Source: a virus (lineage: Duplodnaviria > Caudoviricetes). From it: DNA of 64,000 nucleotides. Location of the stretch: positions 1,377 to 65,376 of IMG/VR virus record IMGVR_UViG_3300013307_000020; one strand, written 5' to 3'. Made by a program: the position numbers and the translations under genes. Below the pieces are notes generated by a model. It searched no databases. It was given only the letters and a program-made list of their open reading frames with translations, and was not told the DNA's origin. Shown here piece after piece: positions 57,260 to 64,000 of the stretch (positions are counted from its first letter, which is position 1; the number at the start of each line of letters is the position of its first letter).

Positions 57260-57496
57260 CTAACGTTGCTGCGTCTCAAGCTCCGGATCGCGACCGAGCA
57301 CCGCGTGAACAAGATCGCTGCCATAGATCATGATCAGACGGCGGCGACTCATGCCGCGCGAACGATGCAATCGGATCGCCTCGGCATCGCGCGTGCGGCG
57401 AACACAGGAAATCGAAATTTCCCGATTCTCCTCTCGCAATCGTTCCTCGCGGGTGAATGGCTTAGGCTTTTTCAGTTCAAGCGCGCTCGTCGGCAT
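57260..57496 (-). CDS. hypothetical protein
   Basis: Last ORF before tRNA; start approximate. Confidence 0.4.
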   Translation of the reverse strand: MPTSALELKKPKPFTREERLREENREISISCVRRTRDAEAIRLHRSRGMSRRRLIMIYGSDLVHAVLGRDPELETQQR

Positions 57497-57526
57497 GGCG
57501 ATCCCCGTCAAACGAATCGGGATATA

Positions 57527-57832
57527 TCACACCGGCTCCCGTTCGTTGAGCACCACGTCGACGAGCTCCTCGGCAAGAGGCGCGATCCAGCCTATGCCGC
57601 TGCGATAGACGCCCGGCTTCAACCATTGATGTTTGATGATGCAATAATCTCCCGGCTGCGTTTTGTGATTGTGAATAAGAATCTCGTCCATCGCGGCGAT
57701 GATTGCCCCGGAGAACGGCAGCATGGAGGGACGAACGTGTTCCAGCTTCGTCGGCTTGTCGGCGAGATCGGCGATTTGCAATGTGAGACAGAGAGCCACG
57801 TTCCAACCCTTTCCAGAGATATTGAGCTTCAC
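57527..57832 (-). CDS. hypothetical protein
   Basis: GTGA-coupled to upstream ORF. Confidence 0.45.
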   Translation of the reverse strand: MKLNISGKGWNVALCLTLQIADLADKPTKLEHVRPSMLPFSGAIIAAMDEILIHNHKTQPGDYCIIKHQWLKPGVYRSGIGWIAPLAEELVDVVLNEREPV

Positions 57833-58227
57833 TTGTTGCCCGCCTTGATGCCTCTCACGATCCAATCGAGACCAATCTGCGCTGGGTCGATCTCCCATTC
57901 GGCGACGTAGCCCTTGCTGATTGAGCCATCGCTTTGCGGAATGCCAATAACGTCATCCTCGGCCGCGCCATCCGTGTCATAGTCGATCACGATCACATCC
58001 GCGAACGCCACGCGCGCGCCTTCATCATTCGTCACGATGGCCGAGATCATCCCGCCTTCGACGATGATTGCCAGTACCGAATTTGATTCTGTCGGCTCGA
58101 CTTGCGGCTGATATTCGCGCTCAAAGCGAGTGACCGCGCTTTGCAGAATGTCGAAATATTTCTTGCCGTTGTCGTCTTTGCTGGCAACTTCCAGCGCCTT
58201 GCGCGCCGCATCGTACAGATAACGCAT
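57829..58227 (-). CDS. hypothetical protein with acidic VIDYD motif
   Basis: AAAGGAGATC RBS; IIVEGG..VIVIDYD.DG. Confidence 0.6.
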   Translation of the reverse strand: MRYLYDAARKALEVASKDDNGKKYFDILQSAVTRFEREYQPQVEPTESNSVLAIIVEGGMISAIVTNDEGARVAFADVIVIDYDTDGAAEDDVIGIPQSDGSISKGYVAEWEIDPAQIGLDWIVRGIKAGNK

Positions 58228-58304
58228 TGTCTGATCTCCTTTGCTTATGATGCTTGATCGCATCCCCCCGCGCACCGCCAACGGCGATGCGCAGAAGGTC
58301 ACGG

Positions 58305-59942
58305 TCACTTTTTGCGCGGGCCATCATAGTGTGGCGCACGCAATTCCTTCGGCAACCATTTCGTCTTGAGAACATTCGCAATCGCGAACTTCGCGATCTC
58401 GACGCCCTTCTTTCCTGTCAGCTTCTTCGCTTCGGCGGGACTAACCGCTTCGGCGATCGCCGCAATGGCGAACGTCTTAGGGCAGGACTCGAAGTAATCC
58501 TTTCCGTCGAACGCTCGACGCTGATGCTCATTCATCACCGCTGGCGTGATCGCTTCGCGGATCTTGTCCAGTGATGATCGAACGCTTTCAGGCATGACGT
58601 AGTTTTTCGGGCTGATCTGACTCGCGATGATCTCGGCGAGGAGATTTGCGAGCTTGCCCGATTTCTTTTCAGCCTTGAGCGCGGCCTTAGTGCCTTCAAG
58701 TCGCTGCTCCGAAAGCCGAGCTTCCAACGCTTGCGATAGATGCGCTGGTTGCTTTTTCTTCGGCGCAGACCCCGCGGCCGGTGCGATTGCCTTCGCCTTC
58801 TCAGGTGGGACGAGACCGAAAGCGATACTGACTTCGCCATCGTGCGGGTCCAACGTGATGAAGACGCCGGACTTCGCTTTCAGTTGCGGCGTGAAGCCGC
58901 GCATTCTGACTGTCTCGTTCAATTGTTCGAGCTCGGCCTGCGTCGTCTCGTAGGTATCTCGCTCGTCATCCTCGAGATCGATGCGCCCGTCTTTCTTTTC
59001 GAGCTTCTCGATTGTGGCCCGCAGTTGCTTGGATTTTGCCGCCTCTTCCTTCGTCGGCGTGACTTTCGGATCGAGCGTCTTATAGAGATAATAATCGCTC
59101 GGCTTTGTGGTGCTCACGAATTTCCACCCGTCCTCCGAATACTGCTTGACGAGCGCCGCCAGCTTTTCGTCGCGAAGCTGCGTCAGCAAGGCGGGGTTGC
59201 TCAGAATCACATCGTCGCCGAAAAGATTCTCGGTGACTTTGCCGCCCCGCTTTTCGTATTCCTCGCGACCGACGAAGGCGAGAATTCGGCCCGATGAACG
59301 ATCTTCGACTTTGAGATCGCGCCGAATTTCCCACTCTCGCGGCCAGTGACCACGGGACTGTTTGCTGTCCTTCGTGTAGCCTTCCCACATTTGATGCTGA
59401 TGCTTTTTGCTGGCGCACAGCGTGAAGGCCATCGCCGCCTTCTCGTCGATGTTCCCATCGCGCCATGCGTCGAGGATCGCATCATCGAGATTGCCGAGCG
59501 CCAAACGTTGGCGAACGCCTTTCTCGCTGATGCCGAAGCGAGCGCCAATCGCTGCAACGTCGAGTGGGTTTTCCTTGCTGGTGAAAAGCAAGTTGAATGC
59601 CCGATATTCGTCGACCGGATGCATCGCCTGACGATTGATGTTCGCCGTCAGCGACGTTTCGCGCGCTTCGGCGTCATCGTATTTGCGCACGATGACCGGC
59701 ACCGAGACTTCGCCGGCGTTGCCGTTCGCCAACTTTTTCAGCGCATCGAGACGACGCCCACCTTCAACCACGGCATATTTGTCGCCCGACTGTCGAACGA
59801 TCAACGGCTGAATGACGCCGTGTGCCCTGATCGAGGCGACGAGTCGTTCATCCGCGTCGCGCTCTATGCTCCGCACGTTGAGCTTGTCGACGAACAAACT
59901 CGCCAGCGGAACGCGCCGGACTTCTGTTGTTGCACCTGACAT
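58305..59942 (-). CDS. long ParB/RepB/Spo0J family protein
   Basis: NVR, LVASI..GVIQPL.V, VEGGRRL.AL, MHPVDE, HTH IGARFG..VRQRLAL. Confidence 0.88.
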   Translation of the reverse strand: MSGATTEVRRVPLASLFVDKLNVRSIERDADERLVASIRAHGVIQPLIVRQSGDKYAVVEGGRRLDALKKLANGNAGEVSVPVIVRKYDDAEARETSLTANINRQAMHPVDEYRAFNLLFTSKENPLDVAAIGARFGISEKGVRQRLALGNLDDAILDAWRDGNIDEKAAMAFTLCASKKHQHQMWEGYTKDSKQSRGHWPREWEIRRDLKVEDRSSGRILAFVGREEYEKRGGKVTENLFGDDVILSNPALLTQLRDEKLAALVKQYSEDGWKFVSTTKPSDYYLYKTLDPKVTPTKEEAAKSKQLRATIEKLEKKDGRIDLEDDERDTYETTQAELEQLNETVRMRGFTPQLKAKSGVFITLDPHDGEVSIAFGLVPPEKAKAIAPAAGSAPKKKQPAHLSQALEARLSEQRLEGTKAALKAEKKSGKLANLLAEIIASQISPKNYVMPESVRSSLDKIREAITPAVMNEHQRRAFDGKDYFESCPKTFAIAAIAEAVSPAEAKKLTGKKGVEIAKFAIANVLKTKWLPKELRAPHYDGPRKK

Positions 59943-60044
59943 GATTTGATCTCCCTTGTAGTGACGCATGATCGCGTCCCGCTGCGCAGTCCTGCGAGGT
60001 ATATATACCGAGCAGGATGATATCTTCTGCGCAGAAGGCCAAGG

Positions 60045-60389
60045 TCATGCTCCGCTCGCTTTCGCGAGTTCATTGAACGCATTCTTGACAAGATCGACCG
60101 CGTGGGCGTGCATCCGAAGCGCCTCTTCCCAGGTGCAGGATCGCCGTTGCCATTGATCCATGCCATCGCCGCCGCCGAAGATCATCGTTTCAAAAACAAC
60201 CGGCGGGCCATCGCCAAAAAAGTTATGATCGACCCCAAGGAATACGGTCGAAACCATGATCTCGCCAATGCCCTCGTGACCGAAAAAGTTGCGCGCGACC
60301 GTGCGATCATTTCGTTCAAACCATTCTCCCCACTCGCGAGCGCCAACCCTTCTCACTGAATGATCGGCATTCAGAATGTAAAAAGGCAT
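60045..60389 (-). CDS. conserved phage protein
   Basis: VSTVFLG.DH, FETMIFGG, TWEEA..H. Confidence 0.65.
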   Translation of the reverse strand: MPFYILNADHSVRRVGAREWGEWFERNDRTVARNFFGHEGIGEIMVSTVFLGVDHNFFGDGPPVVFETMIFGGGDGMDQWQRRSCTWEEALRMHAHAVDLVKNAFNELAKASGA

Positions 60390-60400
60390 GTGATCTCCTT

Positions 60401-60889
60401 TCAGTCCCGCAATTCATAAATGTGCTCAGCCAATGAAATGCGCCGCCGAAAAAATGGCTCGCCGGGCACGGTGACGCGATCAGAGCTATTGAGGCGACGG
60501 ATTCTTTTTTCTCGTGCTTCGCTCGCCGTGCCGGTCGTCTCAAGATCGGTCCAGCGGACCCAACGCTGCAATTGATCCTGCGTCGTTTCGGGGTCGCCAT
60601 TTTCACCCAGAACGATTCCAGCACCCATGAGCGGATGCTTGTCGTACATGACAAGATGCCAGAGTGGCAGACCGGCGATGATACCGCATGTCCATTTCGA
60701 CATGACAAAAACAAAGTCGCCGGTCGGCAGGCGGCTGGATTGGCAGGGAGTCATCGAGATACAATTGTTTTCGAGCTCGATGATTTCGTTTACGTTTGGC
60801 CCCGGCACGCTCCAATGCGGCAAGCGAATGGGGCTGATCGCGCGATCTTCCGGCGTGATCAGAAAACCCGACACTCGATCCGTCTTCAT
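60401..60889 (-). CDS. hypothetical protein
   Basis: ATGA-coupled to parB. Confidence 0.5.
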   Translation of the reverse strand: MKTDRVSGFLITPEDRAISPIRLPHWSVPGPNVNEIIELENNCISMTPCQSSRLPTGDFVFVMSKWTCGIIAGLPLWHLVMYDKHPLMGAGIVLGENGDPETTQDQLQRWVRWTDLETTGTASEAREKRIRRLNSSDRVTVPGEPFFRRRISLAEHIYELRD

Positions 60890-61752
60890 CGTTTCCCCGC
60901 GCTCAGAATGAATTCACGTTGCGACGCCACCACGCGCAATTCATTCTCCATTTGCAAAAGATGTTTTCTGATCAGGAGCAATTTGTCGGCCATTGTCGCG
61001 ACGCGACCTGGTGCGACGCGCTGAGCGGCGACGCACTCGCCGTCCTTGAACCCGGCGACCGCGAGTTGCTTCACGGCTTCGATCTTCGATTCGAGCGCCG
61101 TCAGCTTCATCAAGTCCCGTTTTGACGGTCGAGGCATTGCGTCGAATGCCTCAAGCTGCGCATGTGCAGACTTCATGGCGATGCCGATGTGGCGGGCTTG
61201 CTCGGTCGTCTTGATCTTGCCCGACAGAATATCGTTCATGAGTTTGCGCTGATGCTCGCGCGGCGCCTGCGCAACCGCCCAAGCCTTGCTCACTTCGAGC
61301 TGGCCGGTCTCAACCAGCCCCGCGATCTCCGGTCGAAGCTCCAGAAGATCGAGACGCGATTTCACTTTGTTCACAGATTTCAGACCGAGATCGTTGATGA
61401 CTCGTTCCACGGTGAATCCTCCATCGATGAGAGATTGAAAGGCCCGCGCTTCCTCCATCGGGTTCATGTCGCGACGTTGCAGATTTTCGACGATGCTCCG
61501 AAGTCTCATTTCGAGATCGGTCATCGTCTGCACGTCGCATCGCACTTTTCGATTGAGAAGCTTGCACGCCCGCCAGCGACACTCGCCGGCGACGATTTGA
61601 AATCGCCGCCCCTTTTGTCGAACGACGATGGCTTGAATTTGCCCGCGCTCGCGAATTGAGTCCGCAAGGGCGTCAATGTGGCCCTGCGGGAATCGCTTGC
61701 GCGGTTGATCGGGGTTTGGCTCGATGAGTTTGTGATCGATCTCTCTGATCAT
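60886..61752 (-). CDS. ParB/Spo0J family protein
   Basis: PNPDQPRKRF, LADSI, IVAGECRWRA, ENLQR.DMNPMEEA. Confidence 0.9.
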   Translation of the reverse strand: MIREIDHKLIEPNPDQPRKRFPQGHIDALADSIRERGQIQAIVVRQKGRRFQIVAGECRWRACKLLNRKVRCDVQTMTDLEMRLRSIVENLQRRDMNPMEEARAFQSLIDGGFTVERVINDLGLKSVNKVKSRLDLLELRPEIAGLVETGQLEVSKAWAVAQAPREHQRKLMNDILSGKIKTTEQARHIGIAMKSAHAQLEAFDAMPRPSKRDLMKLTALESKIEAVKQLAVAGFKDGECVAAQRVAPGRVATMADKLLLIRKHLLQMENELRVVASQREFILSAGKR

Positions 61753-62081
61753 GCGACCCCCTCGCGATGTCGCATGATGAATTCAATCATCGGCTCGCTT
61801 CGCTTAAAACAGGGGATGATCGGGGTAGGCAGTTGCCATTGATGATCGGTCTCGCCGTTCGCGCCCGGATCAAGATGACGACCCAAGACTATGCATTTGG
61901 CCGGGTGATCATCGAGACGAATGAAAAGCGCGGGGCTAATCTCGTTGAGATTATTCGTCTCGACGATGCCGGTGGTGCCCGCCAAAATCGTCGTGCGACC
62001 TACGCGCGCCCAATCGCGAACGAAGACGATGCACGCCCCATCATTCAGTTTCGAACACTCGAAATAACTGAGCCCATTCAT
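61749..62081 (-). CDS. hypothetical protein
   Basis: AAAGGAGATC RBS. Confidence 0.55.
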   Translation of the reverse strand: MNGLSYFECSKLNDGACIVFVRDWARVGRTTILAGTTGIVETNNLNEISPALFIRLDDHPAKCIVLGRHLDPGANGETDHQWQLPTPIIPCFKRSEPMIEFIMRHREGVA

Positions 62082-62211
62082 AGTTGATCTCCTTTGAAAA
62101 AAACGTTTCACATTTGCGGCGGGTATGGCAGGCGAATGTAGCAGTAGAGCCAGACCCAATAGACGATGATCGCGTCGGTCAGCAGCCCCCAATAGAGAAG
62201 CTTGAGCGACT

Positions 62212-62760
62212 TCATTGATCGCCGGATCGACGCGCGCGCCAATCTGCCTCCGCTTCTTCGTAGCTGTCGTCGGCGTTCCAATAAGCGAAATCGAGAATGT
62301 CGCCGCCCTCGCACGTCTCGCCTGGATAATGCTTGCGCCATTCGTCGAGATCAAAACGCACAATGTCATTGTACGCGGCCGGATCGCTTTCGTCGCCGTC
62401 CTGCTGATCGTAATGCATGACGAAGCCGGTGCGCGCATCGACCGACAACGTGCCACAGCTGCCGAAGATTTGGATCGTCGGCGGCGCTGCATCGCTGATC
62501 AGAAATGGCCCATCAAGCGTGACGGCATCGTGATCTGGCGGGCCAGCGCGAAGATCCTCCGTCGCGTCGACGATTGCGCCGCGCAGAAAGTTCACGTTCT
62601 CTGGGTCGGGATGATTTTCGAGCGGGTAGTTGACGCACTCGGTCCCTTCGAGATTGCCGTGAAGCCAGAAGCGAACGCACCACATGACCGTTTTGCTCCC
62701 GTCGGTCTCGGGTCGAGCGCGAAAGTCATCGATCATTTCGCGTGCTGATAGATTTGACAT
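62212..62760 (-). CDS. acidic hypothetical protein
   Basis: AAAGGAGATC RBS. Confidence 0.6.
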   Translation of the reverse strand: MSNLSAREMIDDFRARPETDGSKTVMWCVRFWLHGNLEGTECVNYPLENHPDPENVNFLRGAIVDATEDLRAGPPDHDAVTLDGPFLISDAAPPTIQIFGSCGTLSVDARTGFVMHYDQQDGDESDPAAYNDIVRFDLDEWRKHYPGETCEGGDILDFAYWNADDSYEEAEADWRARRSGDQ

Positions 62761-62879
62761 ATGTTGATCTCCTTTTGAGTTGAGACGCGTTCAGACGCGC
62801 CAGAGCGTGAAAAATAAAGTGATGAGAAATGCGAGGATCGTGAGCGGCATTTCCCATTTCCAGATGAAGTTGAGCATCG

Positions 62880-63332
62880 CTATTCTCCCTCAGTTAATGC
62901 TCCTCTGATCTCGGCTTCCAATTCGTCGCTGCATCGAGCGAGCGTCATCGAGCCTTTCACTTTCACAACGCGCGAAGTCTGGCGAGCGTTGTGAAGAATG
63001 AAGCCGTGCGGCCCGGTGAACCACCACGATTGCCCGACAAATTCGTCCGGGTTTTCGGGGTAGATTCCATGAAGCGTGACGACGCCAAGCACGCCGCCAC
63101 GGGGCAGCGTCGAAATCTGATAACGCGCCTCAAGCGTCATCATTTCCTCGTCGCCCATAATGTGTTTCAGAAACGCCTCGGTCGCGCGTGCGCCAGTATC
63201 GGTGTTGCGCGCCGATGCGATGATGGCAATGTCGCCGCGATAGTCAGTTCGCCAGCTTCGATTTTCAACGCGCTTCGTCCCGCGCACGATGAGCGACGCC
63301 CACGGTTGCCTAACTGTGAGAAGCCGCATCAT
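62880..63332 (-). CDS. ASCH domain protein
   Basis: LTVRQPWASLIV.G.K.VENRSW.T.YRG. Confidence 0.85.
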   Translation of the reverse strand: MMRLLTVRQPWASLIVRGTKRVENRSWRTDYRGDIAIIASARNTDTGARATEAFLKHIMGDEEMMTLEARYQISTLPRGGVLGVVTLHGIYPENPDEFVGQSWWFTGPHGFILHNARQTSRVVKVKGSMTLARCSDELEAEIRGALTEGE

Positions 63333-63592
63333 AGATAAGCCCCCGATCTCGCTTCGGGCGGCATGATGATTTCCTCGCCATTGCGATAGGCGCCGCCGAT
63401 TGCGACTTCGCGAAGTGTGAGACAGCCATCGAACGCGTTCGGCTTCTCGTTGAACCATAGCGGCGGAATATTGCGCTCGAATGCATGACGAATCAGAAGA
63501 CGACGCAATTGCTCGCGAGCCTTCGCTGCGGTATCGGCGAACGCGTCGAACGTGTAGCCGCGCCCGCGATATGTTGCGATCCAGATTTTCAT
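63329..63592 (-). CDS. hypothetical protein
   Basis: ATGA overlaps; AAGGA RBS. Confidence 0.5.
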   Translation of the reverse strand: MKIWIATYRGRGYTFDAFADTAAKAREQLRRLLIRHAFERNIPPLWFNEKPNAFDGCLTLREVAIGGAYRNGEEIIMPPEARSGAYL

Positions 63593-63954
63593 CGCGATGT
63601 TTCCTTCTTACGTTCGACGTAAGCGACGCGCCATGCCCCGCTCTCATCGAGAGTGCGCAGCGTTTCAATCAAGAGATCGTGCGGTGAATTCGCATCGAGC
63701 GGGCCTGTATTCTCGCGCGCCCATTCCGCCCATTTTGTGAGAAGCGTCGACAGATATGGAGCGAGCGCGATCAGATTCTTCGCCGCTTCGCGCTCTGGCG
63801 ATTGTATGCCGAGCCAGTCTTCGCGAATTGCGAAGATGACTGGATCGTTCAACGCGATCGGGCGATGCTTGGTTTCGAGAATGAGTGCGGTTTGTTTTCC
63901 CGTTTCGTCAGCGACGACGCGCCAATGCCACGGGCCGGGAATGTAGGCTTGCAT
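63589..63954 (-). CDS. hypothetical phage protein (PGPW..LIALAP type)
   Basis: AGGAGATC RBS; PGPW and NLIALAP motifs. Confidence 0.6.
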   Translation of the reverse strand: MQAYIPGPWHWRVVADETGKQTALILETKHRPIALNDPVIFAIREDWLGIQSPEREAAKNLIALAPYLSTLLTKWAEWARENTGPLDANSPHDLLIETLRTLDESGAWRVAYVERKKETSR

Positions 63955-64000
63955 ATTTGATCTCCTCTGAGTGAAGTGTGATCAGAATGAAATGAGCTTG

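Noticed and set aside
59998-60009. GGTATATATACC as a protelomerase target
   Set aside because: Palindrome too short and no protelomerase gene in the window
1-64000. Stop-codon reassignment or CtrA boxes (TTAA-N7-TTAA)
   Set aside because: Core genes are intact in the standard code, the tRNA is not a suppressor, and no full CtrA box was noticed by eye

Overview
The window looks like most of the genome of a GC-rich tailed dsDNA phage, probably infecting an alphaproteobacterium (GcrA-like, GapR-like, DUF1376 initiator and GTA-like DUF2460/DUF2163/NlpC tail-tip genes). No host chromosomal genes are recognisable. Layout: (1) leftward early operon at 1-2811 (DUF3150-like, MoxR AAA, DUF2201) behind a ~540-nt ORF-free structured leader. 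It probably continues, via sequence outside the window, into the leftward early block at 57182-63954 (ASCH, two ParB proteins, tRNA-Gln). (2) Leftward regulation/replication/DNA-modification operon at 3529-11424 (XRE HTH, GapR-like, RuvC-like, GcrA-like, MT-A70 MTase, DnaB, initiator, J-domain, ParB-N, ABC-GNAT). (3) Rightward recombination operon at 11571-18052 (YqaJ, RecT, cold-shock protein). (4) Long leftward late operon at 18163-52024 (NusG-like, HNH, terminases, portal, protease, HK97 capsid, siphoviral tail, Mom-like GNAT, lysis). No integrase, CI-type repressor, ParA, reverse transcriptase or CRISPR array was seen. The most notable non-coding signals are a near-perfect chromosomal parS at 52089, an 11-bp-phased AGCA/TGCT array at 51290-51346 matching repeats inside the initiator gene, the long structured early leader, and an apparent absence of CTGCAG. 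All family calls are motif recognition by eye, not database searches.
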